64,000 nucleotides of DNA. Source: Lama glama. Its lineage: Eukaryota. The stretch is from NCBI GenBank assembly GCA_028534125.1, contig CM052816.1:30010001-30074000 (forward strand). The letters are read 5' to 3'. A program made the position numbers and the translations under genes. How positions within the stretch are numbered: the stretch's first letter is position 1; each line of letters opens with the position of its first letter. Shown one piece after another: positions 13,545 through 26,575 of the stretch. Below the pieces are notes generated by a model that was given only the letters and a program-made list of their open reading frames with translations, made no database searches and was not told where the DNA came from.

Positions 13545-13853
13545 CTGCTCTCCAGCCTCATCTAGCCTTATGCTTCCACTCACTCCTTTTCCTCCAGCCG
13601 CTTTCCACCCTTTTCCCACAAGTTCTGTGACTATTACTCCTTCCATTTTTTGCAAATTTCATTTCACTGTTCAGCACAGTGTTCCCTTGGACAGAGACAC
13701 TTCCCCGGCCTCCCCAGACTAAATCTAATGCTGTGGCTATACACTCCCGTGGAGCAGGGCCTGGTCTTTATTTTCTCCCCAGAGTCTACAGTGCTTAGTA
13801 CAGTGCCTGGCACGTACTCAGAACTCATTAATGTTTATAAATAAATAAATAAT
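13545..13853 (+). mobile_element. L2 3' end
   Basis: cagtgcttagtacagtgcctggcacgtactcagaactcattaatgttt followed by a (TAAA)n tail. Confidence 0.8.
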
Positions 13854-14924
13854 AGCGTCTTACCAGATTTTAATGAACATAAGTTGCCCAGACCTTTTGC
13901 TCATTTGATCATCATGATGGAATTCTTGGGATTGCTGGGGCCTTTGCTGACACTTTGCTTAGCTTTACTTAGACTGTCTTTGTCCCGATCTGACCTTTTA
14001 ACCAGTTCCATGTAGGCGCTGTCGTCTTTAATTGAGATGCAGCAGAGAACCTCAGACTGTTTACTCTAAACCAAAGATAATCATTGGGGAATATGTAAAT
14101 TTACATCAATTACTTGCATTTATCAAAATTTTCATGTAAACTCATAGTTGAGCTGTACACAGTTGCATGAATTATTTTAAAAAGTGATATGCATAGGAGA
14201 AAACCTTGTAATTCTGCTGAAGGAGAAAGATGACTGACAGAGAGGAAGATGGAACTATTTATGTTGCTTGAAGTAATTTAGAAAAGTGCCCAAACAGTTC
14301 GGTTATGGTCTTGTGACTCTGCCAAAGTCAGATGCGAAAACTTGGCATGTTTGAATTTATATTTTGTCTCTTTTTTCCTTATCCTGCCTGCTTCTTGCAT
14401 TGCCTTTGAGAAGAAAAGAGAAACGAGCGGGTCAAGCAAGAGTGTGGAACCTTGATAAGCCACCACATTAAGAGTGAATTTAAAGACTAGTAAAACTTAA
14501 AAACATAAAACAAAACCAAACCACTCACCTGCTGCTGTTATTCATAGGTGATATGCATTGGCCACTCGGAACATTTTATGACAACAGCTCATGTGTCTTG
14601 ATCTTATTTTTTAAAGTTTTTTTTTATTATTCTAAACCTATGATATTATAATTTTAATCCTTATATTTTTTGACACCAAAACAGTATAATACTTGGTACT
14701 TAATTGCCTTAATATGTAGATGTCTATTGTTTTGGTTCGGAGTGTATGTTTCTCTAAATTAAAAAATATATTCATAAACTGTAAAAAAGAAAAAGATTGT
14801 AGGAAGACCTCTTTACTTAATAAAATGAGATCAGCAATACAGGGCAGGAAGGATTAAATGAGGTAATAAATGTGAAATACTCTGTTAAATGTTAGACAAC
14901 ACAGGTCTTATGAAGATGAGTCTT

Positions 14925-15256
14925 TCTTTTTTTATTTAATTGAAGTACAGTCAGTTACAATGTGTCGATTTCTGGTGCACAGCACAATGTCCCAGTCACA
15001 CATATACATATATTCATCTTCATATTCTTTTTCATTAAAGGTTATTACAAGATATTGAATGTAGTTCCCTGTGATATACAGGAGAAAATTTTTTAAATCT
15101 ATTTTTATATATAGTGTCTAACGTTTGAAAATCTCAACTCTCAAATTTATCCTTTCCCACCCCCTTTCCCCCGGTAACCATAAGATTGTTTACTGTGTCT
15201 GTGAGTCTGTTTCTGTTTTATAGATGAGTTCATTAGTGTCCTCTTTCTCTCTTTTT
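14925..15256 (-). mobile_element. Young L1 3' UTR fragment (camelid-type)
   Basis: Poly-T then attgaagtacagtcagttacaatgtgtc...; near-identical to the copies at 19310, 44224 and 49831. Confidence 0.9.
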
Positions 15257-15329
15257 TGTAATTGTAAATAACTTGGCCTCCTGGCTTCTTGGGATTCATT
15301 ATGTCTAAGACTTTGAAATGGTGAACAGT

Positions 15330-15520
15330 TTTTACTGTGTCCTATGTGCCAGACACAATTCTAAATGCCTTATAAATATTAATTTATTTAATCCTTATAT
15401 CAACTTTATTATGAAATAAGTACTATTATTATCATCCTCTCTTATAGATTAAGGTACTGAGGCAAAGGGAAGTCCAATAGCTCGCCAGAGGTGAGAATCA
15501 CATGACTAGGAAGTGGTGTC
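15330..15520 (-). mobile_element. MIR SINE
   Basis: tatgtgccagacacaattctaaatgcctta...tatagattaaggtactgaggc matches the MIR core, reverse strand. Confidence 0.8.
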
Positions 15521-16669
15521 TTATAGTTGGAAAATAATGGCTTCCTTCTAGAAAGGTCCACATCTTGGCTGAAACACCATCTCTCTAACTTACCCTTCAC
15601 TCATCTGGCATGAACTGAGATTCAGCTGCTATGAAGAAAAATCCTCTTCATTTTCCGCTGGAGTGTCTCACTGGCTTCGCTTTGTATGTCAGGTTGGTGC
15701 CGAGATACAGGCTCTTACTTCAAGACAGGATTTACTGTTCTACTTTATTTTCCTTTCAGAATCCTATGCCAGAGTGCTTTGGAAATTTTGTTATTCTCTG
15801 CATCAATGATTTGTCCTTTGAAATAGAGAAATAACATTTGTCATCCTGACATTTGGAGATCCAGACTGTGCTGTTTGCCCCATCTTAGCCTTGTTTTAGG
15901 TAGTAAATCAGGCGCGATGTGGGGCTCCCTTGCTTGGAGATGAGATGTTATTCAGAATAAGAGTCTCTTGGTGTCGGCATGTTGTACATACAAGATTTGG
16001 CTTTTTTTTCCCCCCAGAACATTTTACCTCATATAGGAATATTTTTCTTTTCATAGAGTTTTTTGGTTGCCTTCTCCTTTCTTCTTACAAATAGCAAGGG
16101 GTTTAGTTGAGCTGTTGGGGCCTTAGCTCTTCGGACGCAATAGCAAAAGTATCTGTTTACTGATCTCCAGTATTTCCCTAAGGTGATTTTAGGGGTACAA
16201 GTCTCAGGACTAATGATTTGATGTGACTTTTTGGATGATGAGATCACATCACCTCTTGAATAATCTTTGCCTTATAGACCCTGAAGTTATTTGTATATGT
16301 GTGTGTCTATTTCAAATTTAGCAAATAGTTCCAAGAATTTCTCAGTCTAAATCTGAGTAGATTTTGAGTCTCAAAGCAAAATCCTACAGGTGTGATTAAG
16401 AGCATAGTAAGCTATTTTTTCAGTGCTGCTTCTGAACTATTGTAATAATCATACTTTCAGTTATGCAGGAAAAATGTTGAAGAATGGAAAGTGTTCACTG
16501 TAATTTTCTAATTGTCTTTATGCTCTGGATACTCCTGAATTATGCTATGGTTGACATAACTAGATTGGTGTTTACAATAGAAGGCAGTTCTTTCATATTT
16601 TATGTATAGAATCAGTGGGAAACAGTGACAGGTAGATAATGTGTCATAGACTTTCTGAAGACGTCCACT

Positions 16670-16843
16670 GGGGTTGGGAAATAAATAAAGGACATCGAGT
16701 TACATTTGAATTTCAGGTAAACAGTGAATAAATTTTAATATATAAATGTGTACCAAATATCACATGGGACATGTTCATACTTAACAAATGTTTGTCATAT
16801 AGCAGGGCATCACATGTTGTCATTTGCCAAATCTGGCAATCCT
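16670..16843. mobile_element. MER53 hAT MITE
   Basis: Degenerate inverted ends (ggggttggga... / ...aaatctggcaatcctg) and internal gttacatttgaatttcaggtaaacag. Confidence 0.75.
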
Positions 16844-19309
16844 GTCCTAGTTCTGGTTAGTGGTATTGTTGCTTCTTATTGGACACTGCTTTTCCTCAGG
16901 CCTTCTATTTATAGCTAAGATTTTTATCTTTTCTAAAAGTCAAACCAACCCCAGAATGGGATTTAAACCCATTGTGAAAATAAGTAGGTAAATACATGAA
17001 ACAGGGCCATGCAAAGATTGTTATTAATTCATTTTTGTCCACTTAAGGCCCATAAGGAAGAACAGTAAAATCAGCCCACCGGCCCAGTCTGTCCTGGAGA
17101 CCCGCTGCAGGCCAGGTGGGGAGCCCACGGGGTCTCGTTCCAGTCAGCTGTGCAGCTCGCAGACTGGGCCAGCCTTCTTTATTGACAGCAGTGTCGCACA
17201 GTGTAGTGAAAGCAGCTCAGACACCATTATTGCTGTGAGAAAATTCTGCATCCAGTGCACTTCCTTGGCTCCCCTGCTTTCTCCCTGGCCTGCCTTTTGT
17301 CCGTCCTTGCCCAGTACAGGTAGACTCTGCCATCATGTGCTGTTGAGGGACCGTGCGCTTATATACTCTACCCCAGCACTTAGCACAGTGTTTTGGGCCT
17401 TGTATATATTAAAAAAAAAATGTTGCACAGATCAAAATGCTATAATCCTATCATAGCAAAGGCCAAAAAAGTGTTTAGATTCTCTTTGGGATGTTATATT
17501 AAAAAACATATTTCTATTTGAGAAAATCCTATTTGAAAAATGTTGTTGACTGGGTCCATAATGCTATTTGCTGTGATAGCATTGACCTCTACCATGGGAG
17601 TGGGTCTTTTTTCTGAACCCTAAATTGCCAAGCTAATCCCATGCTAATTTATGTAAATAATAGTATTATTAAAACCATGATGAATACACCTTTTCCCTCT
17701 TAAATACCAATTAATAAGACTGAAAGTGCCTTCATCAGGGGTTGGAAATAAGGTGAAGTCCCTTTAATTTAACCTTCTCTGTTTTGTTTGTTTACATAGG
17801 ATACTTTTACACGTTTTCCAAGCTTTGTCTTTCAGTTTCTGCAGTTTCGACTTAATCTGTTGAAAAAATAAACTAAAAGTAATTTTGATATTAAAAAAGC
17901 ATAATTTCATTTGGTGGATCTCACTCCACCCACTTTTTTTGTGATTCATAAAGTGTGCATCTTTCTGTGGTTAAAACAAAGTGTTGTTTGTCTGAACTTG
18001 GATCCAGACACGTGCAGTCAAACCTCAGTATTGTTAATTACATCTAGGGAGTTGGGTAGCAGGCAAGCCTTTTCTGTCCTGCCTTAAATACTTATCATCA
18101 AGAATGTCATTGGTCCAGATATTAGAACCACCTATAACGAAGAATAAAAAGAAGAAACTTCTTAAAAAACTGGATCTCTTTTCTAGTTCCAGAAATGGCT
18201 AACCACTGACTGAGAAAATGCACTAAGGAAAATATATCCAGAACACTGACAGTTCAGTCAGGATTGTAATTCTAACAGAAGAATATTTGAACTCTACGCA
18301 AGGGCTTTGACCCTGCGCCCTTCCCCCAAACGGGCTGTCTGGCTGTCAGACACTCGGAGAACTTTTTCCATCCTGTGACAGCTTCTGCACTGAAAGTGAC
18401 AGTCCGTCTACGGTGGGACAACATGTGGCTGCTTGATGTAGTGTGGCAGAGGGGAATGTCATTGTTTTTCTAAGGCTCTCATATGTGACTGGTTCAGTTA
18501 ATAGTGAGAAGAGTATATCCGGTCACTCCCCAGGGACCACACAATTCTCGCCAACACACGTGTTCACATCCGCTGAGGTAATGACAAGCAGGGTCCTCAC
18601 TGATTTTAGTTATTCTCAAATTCTCCCTCCTCACAAGGTTACCTTGTGCTGGACACCTGGATGAGTAGTGCTTCCATCTCATTTCCTCACCTGTCACAGC
18701 TCTCAGAGGTCTTCTTCCTCACACAGCAGCGAGGGAAGTAGGTTTGAGTAGCTGAAAGCAAGAGCTGTTACCATGGCCTGTTTTCTCCCGACTTCACTTT
18801 TGGGCAGAAGGGTACCACCATTCAAGTGATTTTGGATCCTTTTCTTCTTTAGGAAAGAATATTAATCTTTTTGCCTAGAATCATCATCCTTATCAAGATA
18901 TTTATTTGAGTAATTTTTTGTGTGTATGCAAAACACAGTGTTAGTGCTATACTGACTTTTCCAGTTTTTACTGGCACTCTCCTTAGGAAGCCCACCCGCA
19001 AGCTAACCAGCGAGCTGCCTTGGGATTCTGAGTTAACAGTGCAGTAAAGAACAGGACCTTCCCACCCTGGGACTGGGCTTCGTGTTTTGGTACTGCCAAA
19101 TATTTCCGACTTATTCTGGAGGAAACTTAACTCTGACTTTCCTCCTCATTAGTAGACAAGAGGGGCCAACTGAATGTTGCTTAAAAAGTCCTCCAAATCA
19201 ATAGTTTAGTGAGGTTAGGTGATGTTTTTAGTCAAAGGGCTTTTCATGATCATGGAGGTGAAGTGACCTTCACTTTAGGCCCTTGTGTTATTTCTTTGTA
19301 TCTGATTTT

Positions 19310-19384
19310 TTTTTCTTTTAATTTAAGTATAGTCAGTTACAATGTGTCAGTTTCTGGTGTACAGCACAATGTTTCAGTCATGCA
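19310..19384 (-). mobile_element. Ultra-short (~75 bp) 5'-truncated young L1 insertion
   Basis: L1 3' terminal sequence flanked by a perfect 17-bp TSD TCTTTGTATCTGATTTT at 19293-19309 and 19385-19401. Confidence 0.9.
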
Positions 19385-20311
19385 TCTTTGTATCTGATTT
19401 TGTTTTCGCCTTGTTCTGCACGGATTGTGCTGTGTCCGCACAACATTCTCTTTCAGATGTACTCACAAAAGCCATTTTTCAGTTTGAGTCTAGAGACACT
19501 ATCTTCCAGGCATATTTGTGGCACTCTCTCCAGCTCCAAAGGGTAACATTACTCAGAATGGCTCAGTCATCACTAGTCAGTGTTCAAAGCATAGACTCCT
19601 TTTTTTTTTTTTTAAATAGGCAAAGCCTGCCTGTGGTTTCAGGCTGCTCTCGAGTGTTCATGCATTGCCTCTGTTTTTTCTCTAGAAAATGGCATTACTC
19701 TCTTTGTCTCTAGTTTGAATAAGAACAACAATAACAAATTGATTAGAGTGCTTCATTTGTAAAGGAAAGGAGGGGGCAGAGAGCAGGATGAGGATGTGTG
19801 TGGGTGTGTTTGTGTGCGCTGGGGGAGCTTCAGGGAGGAATATCATTTGCGAGATGTTTTCCTGGAGGAGCAGTTTTGAATTTGTTTTGGTGTAAATTGA
19901 GCCAGAATTTCGAAAATAAGAAGAGACTTCATAAACACTTGCTCTCTCTATAACCACCTCGTTAAATGCAGCATTTGGACCAATTTCGCTTTTGTAATTC
20001 CATTGTACACTTGGGGAAGGAGAAGGCGTTTTGCATTTTGCAGAATCTGGTGTTTGGGTATTTGGAGAAGGCCGCTTTGCCCACTAGGTCACAGTAAATG
20101 ACTATAGATGCTGAGAATATGTTCACGGTGTCAGCAGTGAGATCTTTGCCACACAGATTGTGAAAAATTACAGGAGGGCAGGAAATAATTTATTTTGCCA
20201 ACAATGTGTTTCCCATCTGCAGTTTGTATACCTGTGGAAGCTGAAAGGGCACTAATTTTTTTAGCCTTTCCTCGCTTTCCCTCCTCAAAGTCTGTCTCCT
20301 TTCTTTAACAG

Positions 20312-20354
20312 ATGTGCAACATTTGAAGCCTTGAGTTCAGATGAGCATTATTAA
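20312..20354 (+). CDS. Putative alternative terminal exon, coding part: xVQHLKP* (phase 1), xCATFEALSSDEHY* (phase 2) or MCNI* (phase 0)
   Basis: Branch-like CACTAAT at 20250, then a long pyrimidine tract ending tctgtctcctttctttaacAG| at 20311. All three frames stop within 43 nt. No strong donor follows, and the downstream sequence is U-rich and 3'UTR-like with ATTAAA hexamers. Confidence 0.45.
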
Positions 20355-21563
20355 AAACAGCCTTTATAGTCCACTGGGGATTAATTTAATTGTTTTGATA
20401 TGTGTGTTTGCAATAGTTTCAAGATGCTACAATGTAGATAGAGTTCTTGTTTTAAAAAAATGGTTTAGATAGGTTGATTCATTTTGCTACCCAGCAGGAT
20501 CTGATAGATTTTCTTCTTTGCAATTTAATTTTAGGAAAAGCAAACAGACAACCCCATCCACATACACAAGCACACAGCACACAAATATATATACCCAGTA
20601 TAGAAGTGACCTCCGGACTAGGCAAGAAGTGTTTTCTTACATGGAAGTTGGTTGGGTTTTAATTAATTTTTAACAGTTTGTCTTACTTTGGTCCATTTTT
20701 CCCTTGGATGACCTATGATATATTAAATAGATACTTCTATGACTTTGTTCTTACTGAACCTTTATTTTTCAACAAGGGAACCCTCTGGATTCTAGTCAAA
20801 TTAAAGAGCTTGTTGTCTTTATATGTTGAGGATGAGCAGGTGTATTTTATTTTACTTGTTGGTTTGTAGCTGACACAGTTAGAAAACCCTTTTGTCCTGT
20901 TTTTTCAAGTTGCATGGGAACTCCATTTCAATGCTGAACAGGTAGGTAGAGTTATAAATCATATGTGTTGTAGATATGCTAATAACAAGTTATTCTTTTC
21001 TTATGGCTTTTCCAAGAAATCATTCTGGAGGAGAGGCAGTGGGAAGTATGTCTTGCTAGTTTGGGAGCACACAGAGAGTGACTGATACTCAGGAAAAAAA
21101 AAAGAAAATGTTTAATTTTTATACTTTAACCTCAGTTTGAAATGCAGATGAAAGTTGCATTTTTATTTATGGCTTGAAGGATAGCAAAGTCTGATAACAA
21201 ATCATAAAGAAGGATGGAAGCCTCAATAGCAGATTTCATGCTGAAAATGTCATCATTTGTCACATGTTGGTAGTTAAAAAAAGAAGAAAATCTTTAAATT
21301 TGTGCAATACTCCAAACTTTAAACTTAGCTGAAGTTGCGATGTGTGGTAAGCAGTCAAAGAGCACGTGTAAAGACCCGGGCTCTTCTCTTTATCAGGAGT
21401 TGTCCTGAGTCCACTCTGGAAGCCTAGGAACAATTCTGTGTGAGAGTCAGCTTTAGAGATGGTCTCCCTCTTTTTAAGACATTGTGGTCTTAAAAGTGCC
21501 TGTGTTTGCACAATCTTTGTAAGACATAGAGAAGGAGAGACTTTGATTAGAAAGACTGTTGCA

Positions 21564-21697
21564 GGGGGAGGGCATAGCTCAAGTGGTAGAGTGCATGCTT
21601 AGCATGCATGAGGTCCTGGGTTCAATCCCCAGTACCCACTGAAAAACCAAATAAATAATAAACCTAATTACCTCCGCTCTGCTAAAAGAAAAAAAAA
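21564..21697 (+). mobile_element. tRNA-derived SINE, camelid vic-1 type
   Basis: A-box (TAGCTCAAGTGG), B-box (GGTTCAATCCC) and A-rich tail. 15-bp TSD AGAAAGACTRTTGCA at 21549-21563 and 21698-21712. Confidence 0.9.
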
Positions 21698-21862
21698 AGA
21701 AAGACTATTGCAATAGGGAGATTGCTTTGATCTCAGAAATATGCAAGCATGTCAAAATCATAGAAAGGTTTTCCCCTGTTACAAAGATTTGCACTAATAC
21801 ACTGTGCCTCTGGCCATAGGAGGACCTACACTTTTCACAGAAAGACAGGGGTCAAAAATAGA

Positions 21863-21985
21863 GGGGGTGGGCATAGCTCAGTGGTAGAGCATGTGCTTAG
21901 AATGCATGAAGTCCTGGGTTCAATCGCCAGTACTTCCATTAAGTAAATAAATAAATGTTAAAAAAAATAAATGAAATAAAAATTT
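21863..21985 (+). mobile_element. tRNA-derived SINE, camelid vic-1 type (shorter tail variant)
   Basis: GGGGGTGGGCATAGCTCAGTGGTAGAG...GGGTTCAATCGCCAG with an A-rich tail; degenerate TSD TCAAAAA(T)AGAGG. Confidence 0.88.
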
Positions 21986-22734
21986 CAAAAAAGAGGCTAA
22001 GGATGTTGAATTGGTACATGTGGTGGTGTGGAGGTTAGAGATGGCGTGGAGCAGCCTCAGGATTTCTCCTGGTCACCTAATAGCATTAATGCTCTGTAAA
22101 ATTAACTCTGTTTAGAGCAGCTAGACTCCAGGTGTATCATGGAATCGGGGCTTTTATACTGAGAATTCTATTTTAATACTTCATAGCTGTCTTTTTTGCT
22201 TCCTGCAACCTCCACATCACACTCTGCATCTCTGCCTGCCATCCACAAGCATATGAAAACACAGTAAGATGGATTCCAACCCCTATTTCTGTTTGTACTT
22301 GGAGATCTCACCAGCTGATCTCCATACCTCCCTTCTCTAAAATGTCACCTGATAATAGTTCGATATGTGACCCATTTCTTAGGGTGGCTGTGTTACACAA
22401 GCTCGTATGTCACATAAAGATGTAATAGTGGAGAACACATTCTGGGGCTGGGGGGTTGTCCTTTCAAATACTATCATTAACGTAATTACTTTCTCTCTTT
22501 GAAGGAATGATGGCACTTAGATGATCAAAGATGGATGGAGATTAAAAAAAGACAGGATAAATAAAACATGTCTTAAGAATATAGGATTGTATTCCTTAAA
22601 GTCCTTTTTTGGTACATATTTCTTTTAGAACTTTAAGAAGCATTTGGACACCATGAGGAGACCTGAATGATTAAAAGTAAATGAAAATATTTTCAATGCT
22701 AGTTTTTATGGCTATGATGTAGTAAATTGAGAGA

Positions 22735-22900
22735 GAGTGTCTAAACACAGACATTGCAGTCAGGTGGCCTGGATTTTTATCTCAGTTTTACCTTTTATTA
22801 ACTGGAGGACCTTGGGCAAGTCGTCCAGTCTCTTTGAACATTACCTTCTTTGATTAGGAATGGTTATCAAAGGATCCTAATGAGATGGTGCAAGTGTGTA
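22735..22900 (+). mobile_element. MIR SINE
   Basis: cagtcaggtggcctggattttt...gaccttgggcaagtc matches the MIR core. Confidence 0.7.
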
Positions 22901-24049
22901 TAAACATGGAAGGTGTATGAAAATGTTAGATATCGTTGGCAATAAGCAGTTTCCAACCCTTCCTAGAAACATTGCCTGCTTGCAAGTTAATTAAAAACCT
23001 ATTAGCTATGATATGTGTAGAGGAAAAAAGAGTGAACATGGAGTGGCAAAGCAGACTTCTAAAAGATTGGGACAATTATGTAAATAGCTTGAATTTATTG
23101 ATTTGATGCTAATTATTTTTAGCTTGAGTGAGTTTTTCAGACGTATAATGGTTACATTCATACATCTTAGCTAGTTGGTTTGGTTTAATTTTCCATGTAA
23201 TTTTCAAGGCAGCATTGAACAGCCAACAGCTATCATATGGGATATTAGAGAGCTTTGCAGTTACTTTACATTGAAGAGTTGTCATTTTGGGCAATGGTTT
23301 TAGAGAAAAGTATAGTAATAAATGCACTCTTAGATTTGTATCTATCCATTCCATTGGAGGAGATTCAAAAGAAAAGAAAATACACATCCACAACCCTAAT
23401 GAAGGCAGTTTTATTTCAGTGATTTACATATATAACTTTCATTCTTAATGCTATAATGAAGATAGAGCGGTCGAGATTGTCTTTCCACTAAAGAAGACTG
23501 TTGAAACTCCCTTGGAGGGAAACAGAAGAGCCACTCATTTATAAGGCTCATGACTTGACTATCTGTGACCTGTGTTCACAGAAACTGTGACCACAATTCA
23601 TTGCTGGAATATGTGAATTCTTAATAAAACTTCTGGAAGTCCGTAGGTTTCAGAAAAGCATATATGGCCTAAGAGAAATAAGGATAAATACAAGTAAATT
23701 ATTTCTCTGATTATTTATAAGGGGAGTTTTTAGAGAAGCCCATGGAAGGCTGTAATTCATCATGAGACTCCAAGTAGGGACACCCAGGATTGCTCTGGTG
23801 ACCTCCAAGGTGCTGTGTTTACCTTTCTGTAGCTCCCAGTTACGTGCAGTGGCATCCTGTAGTGACTGGATCCTGTAGGAGGAGGTGAAAAGAACATTCC
23901 TTAAGTTCACAAACAATCAGAATGCTAGAAATTTGAGGGCCTTTAATATCTGGCTTAACCTTCTTGTTCGGTGGATGAGGTGAACAAGATTAAAGTCATT
24001 TGTCTGAGTTCCACAAATACTTATTGCCCCAAGGAACCAGGTGACAGTA

Positions 24050-24200
24050 ATTAACAATTATCATGTACTTGTTATTTTTCAGTATATTCTATATCACAAA
24101 GCTACATTTAGGTATTGTTATATCTATTTCACAGATGAGAAAATTGAGGTTCAGTAAGGATAAGAAACTGGTTGATAATTGTCAGGATTTGAACCCAGAA
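24050..24200 (-). mobile_element. MIR SINE
   Basis: tttcacagatgagaaaattgaggttcag...ggatttgaacccag. Confidence 0.75.
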
Positions 24201-25944
24201 TGATCTCACCTTTCCAATATGTCACAGTGTCTCCTCAGAGCCAGAATTAATGATGATGAAGAAATCCATCTTGATTTTAAAGCACCGGTTTCTTTTTCTT
24301 TTGTATTATGATTTGCTCTGAAAGGTGTTGAGTATGTTCCGCCAAGGTGGAAGAAATAGTCCAAGAAGGGAGACAGGAGGAAAAAAATTCTGTGAAGATG
24401 AATGAGTATCAGTGCCAGAATGAAGAAATTGGTAAGTGGATGAACATGACAAAGCAGAGTAAGAGAAGGAAAGTACATTGACTCCTTTGGGAGCTGTGTA
24501 AAGATCTGAGAGCCTAGAAAATTAAGCTGTACCTTTGCTGGAAGATACAGAGCACTAGACTAGATGAGATCCTTATGATGTGAGAAGCACATGGGCATTG
24601 GTAGGAAGAATAAATACGTCTATAACTCTTAAGAATTACTGATGATTAATATCTTTCAAATGAGGGTTCCAGAAAAAAAGTAAATTGACATGCCTATCCA
24701 GGAACTGAGCTGTTTTCTGGGGGCATAAGTCTAAGTTATAAATGAGACCTGCTTTGACTCATTATACCCACTAATCAATTAACTCCAGCTGGGATTGAAT
24801 GAACAAACAAAACATTTGTTTCCAAACCATGTTCCAAAGGAGATTTCAGTAAGAGGGGAAGAAAGGCTCTGTGCTGAAATAAGCTTAGGCAGTATCACAT
24901 GCTAAATCTTTGCTCTTGGACAGTTTTAGGAAAGCAACCTGGTAGACTTTGTTTAGCCCAGAATTTTTTAAAGCTGTTTGGCCATGCAATACTTTTCCAG
25001 TAGCATATGTATTAGTGTATGGAACAAAGTTTTTCAACATCTGGTTCTTGAATACTTGGTGATACCCATTGGCCTGTCAAGTGATTTGACATTTACAAAG
25101 AAAAAAAGGAAAGAAATACTTCTGTTTACATATATTTCACTACTTTGAAATAGATTAATTATTAGCTTTTTAGATATCCCAGTAGTTTTTATTTTTTTTT
25201 TTAACAGTCGTACATGTGCTACATGTACTAAACTGGTCAGTTCCTCTTGGCTTGAATTTCAGTTATCTGGTAATAGTTTGTTTTAGTTAAAGTATTTGTA
25301 CATAATTTGCTTAATGGTTAAGTTGAGTTCACGTTTTATTTTTACGATTGTTTTGCATTTTAGCTCCAATTCATGAAAAGTTGATTAAGATGTTTTATAA
25401 AAGCGTAAGAGCCATGATAAAAATTGTAAAATAAATGCATCATCTCAAAATCATTTGTGTATAGAACATGTATCTGTATGTTATCAAAAAAACTCCAATA
25501 AATCAAGTGTAATAAGTTCATACAAGCATCCCAAGAGAAAACTGCAGGTAAGCGATACAATGAATATTCAGATGGATATGTGAAAATGTTTTTATAGGAT
25601 CTACAGTCTATTTATTTCTAGAAGTCTCTCAAATACAGAAAAATGTGTATTTATTGTGATGCTTTTTTCAAAGTACTGGTAAATCAGTCAAATCAAACAG
25701 ACTCTTCTAGAACAAGAATGAAAATAAAATTATGCTTATTCAGAGACTTGCTGAGATCTCCCAGTTGTCAGAGCCCAGTGGTTATAAGCTTCAGGGACAA
25801 GAAAAGGAAGCGAAAGGCATTTGGTGAAACTGGGAAGCTAGAGAAACTCCAAATCGTTGGGAGCTTAAAAAATTTATACAAGACGTTATTAAATCTTGTC
25901 ATTAAATAAAAGAAGACAGTAAATTTACTGTGAGATTTAAAAGA

Positions 25945-26529
25945 TTGAAGTATAGTTGCTTTACATACTGTGTTAGTTTTAGGTGTACAACAAAGTGATT
26001 GAGTATTTTTGCAGATTATATTCCATTATAGGCTATTACATGATAGTGGGTATAATACCCTGTGTTATACAGTAAATCCTTGTTGCTTATCTATTTTATA
26101 TATAGTAGTTTGTATCTGTTAATCCCATACTTGTAATTTGCCCCACCCCCTCTTCCCTCTCCTCTTTGGTAACCACAGGTTGTTTTTCTGTGTCTGTGAG
26201 TCTGTTTCTGTTTTGTATACACATTCATTTGTATTAGTTTTTAGTTTCCACATATAGGTGATATCATATAGTCTTAGTATTTGTCTTTCTCTGTCTGACA
26301 TTTCACTAAGCATATTTTCTGGGTTCATCCATGTTGCTGCAAATGGCAGTATTTCATTTCTTTTTATGACTAAGTAATATTCCATTGTGTGTGCATGTGT
26401 ATGTGTGTGTATGTATATATATATATATATACACTATATATATACACACACACTATATATGTACACACTATATATATACATATACATATATATACACACA
26501 TATACATACATATACACATATATACATAC

Positions 26530-26575
<46 letters not shown>

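Noticed and set aside
15735..15834. Strong acceptor (tttattttcctttcAG at 15759) followed by short open frames
   Set aside because: There is no matching strong donor or recognisable peptide, and isolated acceptors are common in T-rich introns.
21564..21640. tRNA(Ala)-like gene (also at 21863 and about 60290)
   Set aside because: A-rich tails, TSDs and a non-pairing acceptor stem show these are tRNA-derived SINEs, not tRNA genes.
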